Shown piece by piece: positions 19,235 through 29,975 of a DNA stretch of 64,000 nt. How positions within the stretch are numbered: the first letter of the stretch is position 1; every line of letters begins with the position of its first letter. Where the stretch lies: assembly GCA_038736355.1 (NCBI GenBank), contig JAVYML010000003.1:214093-278092 (forward strand), in the 5' to 3' direction. This DNA is from Candidatus Hadarchaeales archaeon. GTDB lineage: Archaea > Hadarchaeota > Hadarchaeia > Hadarchaeales > WYZ-LMO6. The notes under the pieces are model-generated. The model had not been told where the DNA came from, did no database searches, and saw nothing but the letters and a program-made list of their open reading frames with translations. The position numbers were made by a program, and so were the translations under genes.

Positions 19235-19259
19235 ATATAGCCTCGCAGATGGTTTAAGA

Positions 19260-19943
19260 ATGGCAGCGGCCCGTAAAGTAAAAGTAGAGGAACTCCTTCA
19301 GGGCGAATACCTTCTTTCCGAAGAGGGTTTTCCTTATCTGATTACTCCTTGGGGAGAGAAGGTTTCGAGGGTTAGGGTGATGGGTACGGTGGTTGAGAAA
19401 TGGCTGAGGGAAGATGGAGAATATTGCACTGTTTACCTAGATGACGGCACTGGTGTCATCTCCTTGAGGGGGTGGAGAGAAGGGGCAAAGGAGCTGAATG
19501 AGTTGAAAGTGGGGGATCTAATAGACGTGATAGGAAGAATGAGGGAATACCTAGGGGAAAGGTATCTAGTGCCCCAGCTTATCTTGAGGATAAAAGATCC
19601 GAATTGGGAAGTGGTGAGGGAGTTGGAAATCCTCTTGGCCAAAAAAAAGGCCTTAGCCAAGGGTATTCGACCCAAGAGGTTTATGGAAGTAAAAGCCGAG
19701 ACCCCACCCGAAGAGGTGGAGATAGAGGTGGAGGAATTGGAGCTCCCACAGGTTCCGGAGGAACTCAAAAGGAGGGCTTTGCTGGTTTTCGAGAAACTTG
19801 ACAGGGGAGAAGGGGTCAGGGAAGAAGAGCTGGCAAGGGAATTGGGGCTGGGAAAGAAAGAAGTAGAAGACCTCCTACTCGTCTTGATGGACGAAGGAGA
19901 AATATTTGAAGCAAAAACGGGAAGGTATCGGAGAGTGAGATGA
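19260..19943 (+). CDS. OB-fold nucleic-acid-binding protein with C-terminal winged-helix (RPA32-like)
   Basis: tRNA_anti-type OB fold (VRVMGTVVEK...TVYLDDGTGVISLRGW...VGDLIDVIGRM), an acidic linker, then a C-terminal wH-like region; 227 aa. Confidence 0.4.
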   Translation: MAAARKVKVEELLQGEYLLSEEGFPYLITPWGEKVSRVRVMGTVVEKWLREDGEYCTVYLDDGTGVISLRGWREGAKELNELKVGDLIDVIGRMREYLGERYLVPQLILRIKDPNWEVVRELEILLAKKKALAKGIRPKRFMEVKAETPPEEVEIEVEELELPQVPEELKRRALLVFEKLDRGEGVREEELARELGLGKKEVEDLLLVLMDEGEIFEAKTGRYRRVR

Positions 19944-20351
19944 ATGGAAAAATACCAAGAATGGTTGGAAAAGGCTTTACAAGTTTTGCCCAAGGTGGAA
20001 TCGGATCGTGAAAGACTAAAAGTACCGGAACCAGAAGTGGTAACCGCGGGAAACCGGACCGTGCTCAAGAACCTCAAGGCCATTGCTTCTGCCCTCAATA
20101 GGGATCCCCAGCACCTCATGAAATTCTTGCTGAGAGAGCTAGGGGCGGCGGGGAGTTCCGACGGTTCCCAGGCTTTCTTTCAAGGAAGATTCACTCCTTC
20201 GGTGATAAAGGGAAGGATAGACAGGTACATGGAAGAGTTTGTGAAATGCAAGAGCTGTAACAGACCTGATACCAAACTCGTAAAACAAGGGAGGATCTAT
20301 ATGATGAGATGCGAAGCCTGTGGAGCTAGATCCTCCGTGAGGAATATCTGA
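19944..20351 (+). CDS. eif2b: translation initiation factor 2 beta subunit (aIF2-beta)
   Basis: C-terminal zinc ribbon FVKCKSCNRPDT...MMRCEACGA preceded by a GRF..SVIKGRIDRY core; 135 aa. Confidence 0.85.
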   Translation: MEKYQEWLEKALQVLPKVESDRERLKVPEPEVVTAGNRTVLKNLKAIASALNRDPQHLMKFLLRELGAAGSSDGSQAFFQGRFTPSVIKGRIDRYMEEFVKCKSCNRPDTKLVKQGRIYMMRCEACGARSSVRNI

Positions 20352-20641
20352 TGCTTGAACTTAGAGTAAGGAGGGTGGGAGAAGAAGTACTGGTTACGGT
20401 ATGTGATACCGAGCTACTCGGAAAGGAGTTTAAAGAGGGAGAGATAAAACTAAAAGTGAGTGAGGAATTCTATCGAGGGAAAAAAGCTACCATTCCGGAG
20501 TGTTTGCAGGCTATGAGAGAGGCTACTATAGCTAACCTGGTGGGTTCCATCGTAGAGGAGGCAATAAAGGAAGGCCTCATCGACCCCAGTTGTGTGCTCA
20601 GAATACAGGGGGTTCCCCACGCTCAATTCGTAAGGATGTAA
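20351..20641 (+). CDS. conserved archaeal hypothetical protein (DUF424-like, commonly follows aIF2-beta)
   Basis: 96 aa; ATGA-type overlap with aIF2-beta. Family call is by recollection of gene context. Confidence 0.45.
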   Translation: MLELRVRRVGEEVLVTVCDTELLGKEFKEGEIKLKVSEEFYRGKKATIPECLQAMREATIANLVGSIVEEAIKEGLIDPSCVLRIQGVPHAQFVRM

Positions 20642-20674
20642 AAATTAATAACCAGCTATCTGGGGGATAGAAGC

Positions 20675-22360
20675 ATGGAGGAAATAACTGGCGCGGCTGC
20701 TCTCGTTTCAGCCCTCAAGAAAGAAGGAGTGAGGCACATCTTTGGAATTCCTGGAGGAGCCATCATTCCCGTTTACGATGTACTTTACGAAGAACCTTCC
20801 ATAAAGCATATCCTCGTAAGGCATGAACAGGCTGCCGCTCATGCTGCCGATGGATACGCTAGGGCTTTAGGAAGACCAGGTGTGTGCATGGCTACCTCAG
20901 GACCTGGGGCATGCAACTTGGTGACGGGGATTCTCAATGCCTATATGGATAGCTCACCCGTAATAGCCATCACGGGACAGGTCTCCACCTCTCTCCTGGG
21001 TACTGATGCTTTCCAAGAAGCAGATTTGTTGAGTATCATGCTCCCCATCACAAAACATAACTTCCTAGTCAAGAACGTGAAGGAACTGGTTGAGGCGGTC
21101 AGGAAGGCCTTTGTCATAGCCATGGCTGGAAGACCTGGACCCGTTCATATAGACATTCCCAGGGACGTACAGATTTCCAAGGCCAAGGTTAAGATACCTG
21201 CAGAAATCGTGAGAAGAGAAAAGGAAAGGTATGATCCAGATCCAAGAAGAATAGAAGAAGCCGTAAAACTTATCGAAGAAGCAGAACGTCCTGTCCTGTT
21301 TGCTGGAGGAGGAGTAATTTGGTCTGGAGCTTCCCCTGAACTGATCGAACTGGCAGAACTCCTAGGAGCTCCGGTAGTGACTTCCTTGATGGGGAAGGGA
21401 AGCATACCGGAAGATCATCCCCTTTCTCTGGGGATGCTTGGAATGCATGGAAGAAAGGCTGCCAACTTGGCCGTAACGGAATGCGATCTCCTTATAGGAG
21501 TGGGGGTAAGATTCAGCGACAGATCGACCGGTGACGCCCGGTACTTCGCTCCCAAAGCCAAGATCATCCACATAGACATCGATCCCGTAGAGATAGGAAA
21601 ACTGGTTAGGGTAGATGTTCCCATTGTAGGGGATGCCAAGCGCTCCCTTCAACAGATCCTGAGAGCACTGAAGGAAAGAAGCAGGAGAGGGGTAAGATCG
21701 GAGTGGAAGGAGAGAGTCCTACAGATGCGTAAAGACTTTGCCCCGAAAATGGATTACGACGACATTCCCTTGAAGCCTCAAAGAGTAATAAAAGAGATAA
21801 TGGAAGTATTGGATGACGACTCCATCGTGGTAACGGAAGTAGGACAGTGTCAAATGTGGGCGGCCCATTATTGTACCATCAAAGGTCCTAGGAGGTTCAT
21901 TTCCTCTGGAGGATTGGGAACCATGGGGTTCGGTTTTCCCGCTTCTTTGGGAGTAAAAACTGCCCTACCGGATAAAAAGGTGATAGACATAGCTGGGGAT
22001 GGTAGTTTCCTCATGAATTCCCAAGAATTGGCTACTGCAGTGGAAAATGGAATAGAGGTAGTCTGTTGTATCTTTAATAATTCTTATCTGGGGATGGTGA
22101 AGCAGTGGCAGGATCTCTTTTATGGCGGGAGGAGATCCCAAACCTATCTCGGAAAGAGTCCCGATTTCGTCAAACTTGCAGAAGCTTATGGGGCATGGGG
22201 AGACAGAGTTACCAGACCAGGTGAAATGGCACCCAAGCTGAGGGAAGCCTTGAAGTGTGGAAAACCAGCCGTCTTGGACGTAGTTATAGACCCGGAGGAA
22301 CATGTGTTGCCCATGGTCCCTGCTGGAGGAAAATTGGACCAAATGATCACGGGGGATTAG
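20675..22360 (+). CDS. ilvB: acetolactate synthase large subunit (TPP-dependent)
   Basis: 561 aa. N-terminal TPP PYR domain (GIPGGAIIP...), C-terminal TPP-binding GDGSFLMNSQELAT...N motif. Confidence 0.9.
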   Translation: MEEITGAAALVSALKKEGVRHIFGIPGGAIIPVYDVLYEEPSIKHILVRHEQAAAHAADGYARALGRPGVCMATSGPGACNLVTGILNAYMDSSPVIAITGQVSTSLLGTDAFQEADLLSIMLPITKHNFLVKNVKELVEAVRKAFVIAMAGRPGPVHIDIPRDVQISKAKVKIPAEIVRREKERYDPDPRRIEEAVKLIEEAERPVLFAGGGVIWSGASPELIELAELLGAPVVTSLMGKGSIPEDHPLSLGMLGMHGRKAANLAVTECDLLIGVGVRFSDRSTGDARYFAPKAKIIHIDIDPVEIGKLVRVDVPIVGDAKRSLQQILRALKERSRRGVRSEWKERVLQMRKDFAPKMDYDDIPLKPQRVIKEIMEVLDDDSIVVTEVGQCQMWAAHYCTIKGPRRFISSGGLGTMGFGFPASLGVKTALPDKKVIDIAGDGSFLMNSQELATAVENGIEVVCCIFNNSYLGMVKQWQDLFYGGRRSQTYLGKSPDFVKLAEAYGAWGDRVTRPGEMAPKLREALKCGKPAVLDVVIDPEEHVLPMVPAGGKLDQMITGD

Positions 22361-22361
22361 A

Positions 22362-22868
22362 ATGAAAACCAGAATTTTCTCCGTGCTTTGCGAAAACGTG
22401 GCAGGAGTAATGATGAGAGTCTCTAGGTGCTTCACGCGAAGACAAATCAACATGGACTCCATTACCGTGGGTATAGAACCCTCGGGTTTGGCTAGGATGA
22501 TCATCCTCTTTCAGGCAGACGACAAAATGGCCTCCTTCATGAGGAAGGTTCTCCTCAGACTCGAACCCATCGTGGAGGTACAGATGTTAGAGCCTGAAAA
22601 CAGTATAGCCAGAGAGATTTGTCTTTTCAGGACTAGGAAGCTCAAGGAAGAGGAAATGTCCGAGACCATAAGGCTCATTCAATCTGCGGGGGGAAAGGTA
22701 CTGGAAGTGCGGGAGGGTACTCTCATAGGAGAAATAGGGGGAAGTCACGAAGAGGTAGAACATCTCCTTTCCTCGCTGGGTCCGGATCTTCTGAAGGAAG
22801 TAGCACGGTCAGGACAGGTTTATCTTTCCAAGAACAAAGGGCCAGACCAGGCTTCCGGTGGTATTTAA
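22362..22868 (+). CDS. ilvN: acetolactate synthase small (regulatory) subunit
   Basis: N-terminal ACT domain (IFSVLCENVAGVMMRVSRCFTRRQINMDSITVG); 168 aa; directly downstream of ilvB. Confidence 0.85.
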   Translation: MKTRIFSVLCENVAGVMMRVSRCFTRRQINMDSITVGIEPSGLARMIILFQADDKMASFMRKVLLRLEPIVEVQMLEPENSIAREICLFRTRKLKEEEMSETIRLIQSAGGKVLEVREGTLIGEIGGSHEEVEHLLSSLGPDLLKEVARSGQVYLSKNKGPDQASGGI

Positions 22869-22893
22869 AACTTTGCCATCCTAAAACTATGAC

Positions 22894-23880
22894 ATGGCAA
22901 AAGTTTACTTGGACAAGGATGCCGATCTCTCTTGGGTAAAGGATAGAACTATAGCCGTGATAGGATACGGAAACCAAGGTCATGCCCAAGCACAGAATTT
23001 ACGGGATTCTGGATGCAAGGTCATTATCGGAGCCAGAAAGGGGCCGAGCTGGGAGAGAGCGGAAAGGGATGGGTTCGAGGTTTATGAAGTGGGAGAAGCC
23101 TCCAAAAGGGCAGAAATCCTTCATATCCTCGTACCCGATGAACAACAAGCCTTCCTCTATCGAGAAGCCATTTCATCCCATCTAAGGGAAGGCAAAACCC
23201 TAGGTTTCAGCCATGGTTTTAACATCCACTTCAAGCAAATCGTTCCGCCGCCCTATGTGGATGTCATCTTGGTAGCGCCAAAAGCCCCGGGAGCCATGCT
23301 CAGGAAGATGTATCTTCAGGGGTCCGGGACCCCGGGTTTGGTGGCGGTCTTTCAAGATGCCTCTGGGAGAGCTTTGGAAACGGCTCTTGGTATGGCGAAA
23401 GGAATAGGACTCACCAGAGTGGGAGTCCTCCAAACTACCTTCAAAGAGGAAACGGAGACCGACCTTTTCGGAGAACAGGCCGTGTTGGTTGGAGGAGTTT
23501 CCGAGCTAATCAAAGCTGGATTTGAGACCCTTGTGGAAGCAGGATATCAACCAGAAAATGCATACTTCGAATGCTTGCACGAGCTGAAACTCATCGTGGA
23601 TCTCATCTATGAAAGGGGAATAGAGGGTATGATGGCTGCTGTAAGCAATACTGCAGAGTACGGGGGAAGGACCAGGGGACCAAGACTGATAGGGGAAGAG
23701 ACAAGAAAAGTCATGAAAGAGCTTCTTCGAGACATCCAAAACGGAAGTTTTGCGAGGGAATGGATAGAAGAAAACCGAAAGGGGCTTCCACACCTCAAAG
23801 AAATGAGGGAGAAGGGAAAGGAACACCTTATAGAAAAGGTGGGAAGGGAACTCAGGAAGTGGGCGGGGATAGAAAAGTAG
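22894..23880 (+). CDS. ilvC: ketol-acid reductoisomerase
   Basis: [21 protein letters not shown] Rossmann motif, C-terminal knotted domain; 328 aa. Confidence 0.9.
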   Translation: MAKVYLDKDADLSWVKDRTIAVIGYGNQGHAQAQNLRDSGCKVIIGARKGPSWERAERDGFEVYEVGEASKRAEILHILVPDEQQAFLYREAISSHLREGKTLGFSHGFNIHFKQIVPPPYVDVILVAPKAPGAMLRKMYLQGSGTPGLVAVFQDASGRALETALGMAKGIGLTRVGVLQTTFKEETETDLFGEQAVLVGGVSELIKAGFETLVEAGYQPENAYFECLHELKLIVDLIYERGIEGMMAAVSNTAEYGGRTRGPRLIGEETRKVMKELLRDIQNGSFAREWIEENRKGLPHLKEMREKGKEHLIEKVGRELRKWAGIEK

Positions 23881-23923
23881 TGGTGAAGGTTTTAAGTCAC
23901 TAAAAGAACCTTTGTAGACCTCG

Positions 23924-25573
23924 ATGAAACTCAGGAGCCGAGAGGTGGTGGGGGGGATAGAGGGCCTGCCCAAAAGAGCCCTTCTGAAAGCCTGTGGATA
24001 CAACGATACAGATCTCAACCGTCCCTTCATTGCCATTGCCAATTCTTGGAGTAAGATAGTACCTGGACACGTTCATCTGAGAACAATCGCCGAGGCTGTG
24101 GCCGAGGGGATAAGGTCTGCAGGAGGAACTCCGATGGAGTTTAACACCATTGCCATCTGCGATGGGATTTGCATGGGTACCGATGGTATGCGTTATTCCT
24201 TACCTTCTCGAGAACTCATAGCCGATAGTCTCGAACTCATGCTCAGGGCTTATCCCTTCGATGCCGTTGTAGCCATCGCCAGCTGCGATAAGATAGAACC
24301 AGGCATGCTTATGGGTTTGGCAAGAGTGGATCTTCCTTCCATCATGTTCACGGGTGGTCCCATGCTCCCGGGAGAGTGGAAGGGAAAAAGGGTGGACATC
24401 ATCACGGCCTTCGAAGCCATAGGTGAGGTGAAGAGCGGGAGACTGAAAGAGCATGAAGCTCTAGAGATAGAAGACAGGTGTTGCCCTACCCCTGGTTCCT
24501 GTGCCGGCATGTTCACTGCCAATACCATGGCCTGTCTCATAGAAGCTCTGGGAATGTCCCTTCCGAGGGTATCCACCTGTCCGGCCGTCAGCTCCGAGAA
24601 ACTTAAGTTGGCAAGAAAAACAGGAGAGCAAATAGTAGAGTTGCTCAGGAGGGGGATAAGGCCGAGCAAAATCCTAACCAGAAGTGCCTTCGAAAACGCG
24701 ATCGTGGTGGACATGGCCTTGGGAGGTTCCACCAACACCATACTCCACCTTCCAGCCATTGCTAGAGAGGTGGGGATCAATCTCCCTCTAGAAGTTTTCG
24801 ATAGGCTGAGTAAGAAAGTTCCACAACTCTGCAGTCTTAGGCCAGGCGGTGAACATATGGTAGTTGACTTACACGAAGCTGGCGGAATTCCTGCTTTGAT
24901 GAAACAACTGGGGAAGTTGATAAAGGGAACTCCCCTCACCGTGACGGGAAAGACGGTGGCTTCCAACTTGAAGGGTGTGAGGGTAATAGAGAGCGAGGTG
25001 ATAAGACCTCTTTCCCGACCTTATAGGAAAAAGGGAGGAATAGCGATACTCTACGGAAATCTCGCTCCGGAAGGTGCCGTCTTGAAAATAGCGGGAATAA
25101 AGAGCCTAAAGTTCTTGGGTAAAGCAAGGGTTTTCGACGGGGAAGAAGCTGCAGTGAGGGCTATCTCCGAAGGGAGGATCAGAAAGGGTGAAGTGGTGGT
25201 AATAAGGTACGAAGGTCCTAAAGGTGGTCCTGGTATGAGGGAGATGCTTTCTGCCACTTCCCTGCTCGCCGGTATGAACATGCTGGAAGAAGTAGCCTTG
25301 GTGACCGATGGTAGGTTCTCTGGAGGTACGAGGGGGATATGTGTGGGACATGTTTCTCCTGAAGCGGCGGAGGGAGGACCCATAGCGTTTGTTGAGGATG
25401 GAGATAAAATTCTTATCGACGCAAGAGAGGGCAAGCTCGAATTGCTCGTGGAAAAAGAAGTGTTGGAAGAAAGAAAAAAGAGTTTCAAGCCCAGAAGATT
25501 ACCCCTTTCCGGCTATCTGAAGTTCTACGCCGAACATGCCAGTTCGGCTGCCACCGGTGCCGTGAGAAGGTGA
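23924..25573 (+). CDS. ilvD: dihydroxy-acid dehydratase
   Basis: IlvD/EDD family: CDKIEPGMLMG, PGSCAGMFTANTM [2Fe-2S]/[4Fe-4S] cysteines; 549 aa. Confidence 0.9.
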   Translation: MKLRSREVVGGIEGLPKRALLKACGYNDTDLNRPFIAIANSWSKIVPGHVHLRTIAEAVAEGIRSAGGTPMEFNTIAICDGICMGTDGMRYSLPSRELIADSLELMLRAYPFDAVVAIASCDKIEPGMLMGLARVDLPSIMFTGGPMLPGEWKGKRVDIITAFEAIGEVKSGRLKEHEALEIEDRCCPTPGSCAGMFTANTMACLIEALGMSLPRVSTCPAVSSEKLKLARKTGEQIVELLRRGIRPSKILTRSAFENAIVVDMALGGSTNTILHLPAIAREVGINLPLEVFDRLSKKVPQLCSLRPGGEHMVVDLHEAGGIPALMKQLGKLIKGTPLTVTGKTVASNLKGVRVIESEVIRPLSRPYRKKGGIAILYGNLAPEGAVLKIAGIKSLKFLGKARVFDGEEAAVRAISEGRIRKGEVVVIRYEGPKGGPGMREMLSATSLLAGMNMLEEVALVTDGRFSGGTRGICVGHVSPEAAEGGPIAFVEDGDKILIDAREGKLELLVEKEVLEERKKSFKPRRLPLSGYLKFYAEHASSAATGAVRR

Positions 25574-25577
25574 GAAC

Positions 25578-26825
25578 TTGGGAAAGTGTTTAGCGGAGAA
25601 ATTGTTGGCCAAAAAAGCGGGGAAGGAAAGGGTAGAACCTGGAGAAATCGTGGAAGCTAGGGTGGATGTGGTAATGATGAACGATATCACGGGTCCGCTC
25701 GCCATAGAGAGCTTCAGGGAGATAGCTGATAGAGTATGGGATCCCAAAAGGGTCGTGATGATCCTCGACCATCAAATGCCTCCGAATTCCATAGAAATAG
25801 CCCGAGACCACGTCATGATGAGGAATTTCGCAAAAGAACAGGGGATAGAAAACTTTTTTGCGGAAGGGGTTTGCCATCAGGTACTTCCGGAAAAGGGCTT
25901 CGCCCTTCCTGGTTTCCTGATTTTGGGAGCAGATTCCCACACCTGTACCTACGGGGCCTTCGGAAGTTTCGCTACGGGAATTGGATCCACGGATTTAGCT
26001 GCCGCCATGGCTTTTGGAAAGCTTTGGTTGAGAGTCCCCGAAAGCGTGAAGATAGTGCTGGAGGGAAGACTAGGGAGAAGAGTATATCCTAAGGACGTTA
26101 TCCTGTACTTGGTAGGGGAAATTGGAGCAGATGGGGCTACTTACCAAGCTCTGGAATTTCATGGAGAAATAGTGAAGAAAATGAGCATTGGGGGCAGAAT
26201 GACCCTTTGCAACATGGGAGTGGAAATGGGGGCCAAGACGGCCATAGTTCCTCCCGATACCTTGACTAGGAAATACGTGGAAGGGAGAGCCAGATTCCCC
26301 TTCGAAGAGATAAGAAGCGACCCGGACGCTGAATACGCGGAGGAAAGGATTTATTCCCTATCGAAGTTGGAACCACAAGTGGCCTGTCCTCACAGGGTGG
26401 ACAACGTAAAACCCGTAAGGGAAGTGGAGGGAAAAGAAATAGATCAAGCTTTCCTGGGAAGCTGTACCAACGGTAGGACCGAAGACCTATTAGAAGCAGC
26501 CAAAATTCTCAAGGGAAGAAAAATCCACCCGCGCGTGAGGATGCTGGTCGTTCCCGCATCCAGGGAAACCTATCTGGAAGCCTTGAAATTGGGAATAATA
26601 GAGAGGTTGGTTAAAGCAGGAGCCATCCTTGGTCCACCGGGTTGCGGGGCTTGTATGGGGAGCTACATAGGAGTGTTGGGTCCAGGAGAAGTCTGCGTGT
26701 CGTCCTCCAATCGCAACTTCTTGGGCAGGATGGGAAGTCCTGAGGCCGAAATTTATTTGGCCTCCCCTGCCACCGTTGCCGCTTCCGCCTTGAAGGGCAG
26801 ACTGACCGATCCGAGGGATGTATGA
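25578..26825 (+). CDS. leuC: 3-isopropylmalate dehydratase / homoaconitase large subunit
   Basis: Aconitase-family GADSHTCTYGAFG and GSCTNGR, GCGACMG cluster motifs; 415 aa. Confidence 0.9.
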   Translation: MGKCLAEKLLAKKAGKERVEPGEIVEARVDVVMMNDITGPLAIESFREIADRVWDPKRVVMILDHQMPPNSIEIARDHVMMRNFAKEQGIENFFAEGVCHQVLPEKGFALPGFLILGADSHTCTYGAFGSFATGIGSTDLAAAMAFGKLWLRVPESVKIVLEGRLGRRVYPKDVILYLVGEIGADGATYQALEFHGEIVKKMSIGGRMTLCNMGVEMGAKTAIVPPDTLTRKYVEGRARFPFEEIRSDPDAEYAEERIYSLSKLEPQVACPHRVDNVKPVREVEGKEIDQAFLGSCTNGRTEDLLEAAKILKGRKIHPRVRMLVVPASRETYLEALKLGIIERLVKAGAILGPPGCGACMGSYIGVLGPGEVCVSSSNRNFLGRMGSPEAEIYLASPATVAASALKGRLTDPRDV

Positions 26826-27307
26826 TGGCTAGGGCCTGGGTATTGGGAGATAACATATCCACAGATGATATCATTCCTGGCAGATATCTGGTCAAAAGGG
26901 ATCCGCATGAGCTTGGAAAGCACGTTTTCGAGAACCTCATACCTGGATTTTCCTCTAAGGTCAGAAAGGGAGATGTCATCATAGCGGGTAAGAACTTCGG
27001 TTGCGGTTCTAGCAGGGAACAAGCCCCCTTGGCCTTAAAAGGAGCAGGAATAGGAGCGGTAATAGCCGAATCCTTCGCCCGAATCTTCTTCAGGAATGCC
27101 GTGAACCAAGGCCTTCCCGTGATGGTTTGCAAGGGTGTGAGGACTTCCTTTTCCACCGGAGAAGAAGTGGAATACGATTTGGCCAAGGGAGTGGTAAGGA
27201 ACCTTACCAGGAACCTGGAAATGAAGGCCGAACCCCTCCCAGACTTCATTCTTTCCATCCTTCAAGCTGGTGGTCTCCTATCCTACCTCAAATCCAAGGG
27301 GAAATAA
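26822..27307 (+). CDS. leuD: 3-isopropylmalate dehydratase small subunit
   Basis: Aconitase swivel domain (GDNISTDDIIP, NFGCGSSREQA); 161 aa; ATGA overlap with leuC. Confidence 0.9.
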   Translation: MMARAWVLGDNISTDDIIPGRYLVKRDPHELGKHVFENLIPGFSSKVRKGDVIIAGKNFGCGSSREQAPLALKGAGIGAVIAESFARIFFRNAVNQGLPVMVCKGVRTSFSTGEEVEYDLAKGVVRNLTRNLEMKAEPLPDFILSILQAGGLLSYLKSKGK

Positions 27308-27345
27308 AGGAGTTATAATGGAGTCTCACCAAATAATTGAGACCC

Positions 27346-28476
27346 ATGGGATACAAGATTGCCGTTATACCGGGCGATGGCATAGGGCCAGAGGTAATAA
27401 GAGAGGGGATAAAGGTCCTCCAAGCCGTTTCGGAACTGAAGGGGATAGAACTTTCCTTCGAAGAGTTTCCCTATGGTGGAGAATACTATCTCAAGACGGG
27501 GAAGTTATTGGAGGAAGAGGATCTGAAGGAACTTTCCAAGTTCGATGCCATCTATTTGGGAGCGGTAGGAGATCCCAGAATCCCCCCGGGAGTGTTGGAA
27601 AAGGGTCTCCTCCTCACTCTGAGGTTTTATTTTGATCAATATATCAATCTCAGACCCGTCAAGCTTTATCCGGGTGTTCCTTGTCCCCTCAGGGACAAAA
27701 AACCGGAGGATATAGACTTCTATGTAGTAAGGGAGAACACCGAAGATTTCTACGTGGGACTGGGGGGGAGGGGAAGGGGAAAATGGAGAGAAGAACATCT
27801 GATGGTGAGGGAACTCTACCAACTCAAGCTTGGAATAGACTTAGAAAGTGACGAAGAGGAAATAGCCTATCAACTTGGAGTGATGAGCCGGAGAGGGGCG
27901 GAAAGGGTCATAAGGTATGCCTTCGAGCTGGCCAGGAAGGAAAAGAGAAAAAGGGTAACGGCGGTGGATAAAGCCAACGTCCTCACCCATCTGTATGGTC
28001 TCTGGAGGGAGGTCTTTCAGAAGGTGGCTGAAGATTATAAGGAAATAGAAACGGAAATGGCTTTCGTAGATGCCATGACCATGTGGATGGTGAAGAATCC
28101 CGAGTGGTACGAAGTGATAGTGACACCCAACATGTTCGGTGATATCATAACTGATTTGGGTGCCATGCTGCAGGGAGGAATGGGCTTGGCACCGGGAGGG
28201 AACCTGAATCCAGAGGGAATAAGCATGTTCGAACCCATCCACGGATCCGCCCCCAAGTATGCTGGAAAGGGAGTTGCCAATCCCCTGGCCACCATCTTGG
28301 CCGGAAAAATGATGTTGGAAGAACTGGGAGAGGAAGAGGCTTCTCGTGCCGTGGAAGAGGCGGTGAAGGAAGTGCTTAGGGAAGGAAAATGTTTGACCTA
28401 CGATCTGGGTGGTAGCTCCAAAACCCATGAGGTAGGGGATGCGGTGGTAAGAAAGTTGAGGGAACTACATGGATGA
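27346..28476 (+). CDS. leuB: 3-isopropylmalate dehydrogenase (isocitrate/isopropylmalate dehydrogenase family)
   Basis: [22 protein letters not shown] and G.APDIAGKG-type motifs. Start is moved to the ATG at 27346; the track start at 27337 is a TTG. Confidence 0.85.
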   Translation: MGYKIAVIPGDGIGPEVIREGIKVLQAVSELKGIELSFEEFPYGGEYYLKTGKLLEEEDLKELSKFDAIYLGAVGDPRIPPGVLEKGLLLTLRFYFDQYINLRPVKLYPGVPCPLRDKKPEDIDFYVVRENTEDFYVGLGGRGRGKWREEHLMVRELYQLKLGIDLESDEEEIAYQLGVMSRRGAERVIRYAFELARKEKRKRVTAVDKANVLTHLYGLWREVFQKVAEDYKEIETEMAFVDAMTMWMVKNPEWYEVIVTPNMFGDIITDLGAMLQGGMGLAPGGNLNPEGISMFEPIHGSAPKYAGKGVANPLATILAGKMMLEELGEEEASRAVEEAVKEVLREGKCLTYDLGGSSKTHEVGDAVVRKLRELHG

Positions 28477-29974
28477 AAAGGGGATTTACAGGGCCAGGGT
28501 ATCCAGAGGACTTCCCGAAGAAGTATGGAGGTTCGTCTCTTCATTGAAAGAGGATGAAAGAATAGTGGAAGAGGATATTGATGGAACGGAAGCCCACGAA
28601 ATCATGCTCTACGAGAAGGGAATTCTCTCCGCAGAAGAGCTGGGGAAGATCCTTTCTTCCTTGGAGAAGATAAGGAAGGAATACAGGGAAGGAAAGTTGA
28701 GGATAGAGGGCAAGTTCGAAGACATCCACGAGTTCTTGGAAAGCAGGGTAATAGCAGAGGTTGGGATGGAAATAGGGGGAAAACTCCATACGGGAAGGTC
28801 TAGAAACGATCAGGTGGCCTTAGATTTACGGCTAAGGCTAAGAAAGGAACTGAACTTCCTTTCCTCCCATCTTCTGGACCTTATGGAAGTCCTTTTGAAA
28901 AGGGCTGAAGAAAACTTGGAGACCCCCATCATCTTCCTCACGCATACTCAACATGCCCAGGTAGGAACCTTCGGGCATTACCTCTTAGCCCAACTTGATG
29001 CCCTCCTGAGAGATTTCGATAGAATAGAGGAGTGTTATCATCGGGTGAACCTTTCCCCGCTGGGAGGAGGAGCGGTAGGTGGTTCCACCTTTCCCCTCGA
29101 TAGGAAGAGGACCGCTTCCCTGTTGGGCTTTGAAGGGCTCGTAGAGAATTCTCTGGATGCTGTGAGCTCCAGGGATGTGGTGATAGAAGCTGTCGCCTGC
29201 ATGAGCCTCCTGATGGTCCATCTGAGCAGGATGGCGGAAGATCTCATCCTTTGGTCCACGAAAGAGTTTGGGTATGTGGAACTTTCCGATGAATACTCTT
29301 CCACCTCCAGCGCCATGCCCCAGAAAAAGAATCCATGTACCCTAGAACTCATAAGGGGAAAGGTCGGAGAAGTCCATGGAGCCCTTCTTTCCCTCCTGAC
29401 CCTCTTAAAGGGTATACCCAGTGGGTACAACAGGGATTTGCAGCAGGTAAAACCTCCTCTGTGGAGAAGCCTGGACGAAACAAGGGAGTGTCTGAGGATC
29501 ATGAAGGGTGTAATAGGGACGATGAAGGTAAAGGAGGAAATGGTTTCCTCAACTTCCTCCAGCTGGGCCTTGGCTTGGGATCTGGCCGAAGGTCTGGTAA
29601 GGGAAGCCAGGCTCTCCTTCAGGCAGGCCCATGCGGTGGTGGGAGAGGCGGTAAGGGAAGCCCTCTCCTCCGGACTCACCGTAAGGGAACTCTCCAAGGA
29701 TTTGTTGGAAAAAGCTGCCGAAAGGGTGCTGGGCAAAAAGATAGAAATCGACCCCCAGCTCCTCAGATATCTGGATCCTCTCTTTTCCCTGAAGATGAGG
29801 AGGACCCTGGGAAGTCCCTCCCCCAGAGAGACCGCTAGGATGTTGAGGAATAGGAAGCGAGAAGTGAGAAAAAGGAGGGCCCTGCTGAAAAGAAGGGAGA
29901 AAAAGGTGGAGGAAGCCCACAGAAAGTTGGTCGAGCTGGTAAAGGCTTATATATCGAAAGTGGAAAAAGGGTAA
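28469..29974 (+). CDS. argH: argininosuccinate lyase, with an unusual about 60-aa basic C-terminal extension
   Basis: Fumarate-lyase signature [12 protein letters not shown]-terminal [11 protein letters not shown]...; 501 aa versus about 460 typical. Overlaps the leuB stop. Confidence 0.9.
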   Translation: MDEKGIYRARVSRGLPEEVWRFVSSLKEDERIVEEDIDGTEAHEIMLYEKGILSAEELGKILSSLEKIRKEYREGKLRIEGKFEDIHEFLESRVIAEVGMEIGGKLHTGRSRNDQVALDLRLRLRKELNFLSSHLLDLMEVLLKRAEENLETPIIFLTHTQHAQVGTFGHYLLAQLDALLRDFDRIEECYHRVNLSPLGGGAVGGSTFPLDRKRTASLLGFEGLVENSLDAVSSRDVVIEAVACMSLLMVHLSRMAEDLILWSTKEFGYVELSDEYSSTSSAMPQKKNPCTLELIRGKVGEVHGALLSLLTLLKGIPSGYNRDLQQVKPPLWRSLDETRECLRIMKGVIGTMKVKEEMVSSTSSSWALAWDLAEGLVREARLSFRQAHAVVGEAVREALSSGLTVRELSKDLLEKAAERVLGKKIEIDPQLLRYLDPLFSLKMRRTLGSPSPRETARMLRNRKREVRKRRALLKRREKKVEEAHRKLVELVKAYISKVEKG

Positions 29975-29975
29975 A

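Noticed and set aside
19433-20119. 228-aa minus-strand S-rich ORF
   Set aside because: Antisense to the OB-fold gene and aIF2-beta. No domain signal.
27270-27635. 121-aa ORF overlapping the leuB start in another frame
   Set aside because: leuB homology occupies the overlapping frame. The ORF is most likely a by-product of the AT-poor, codon-biased sequence.
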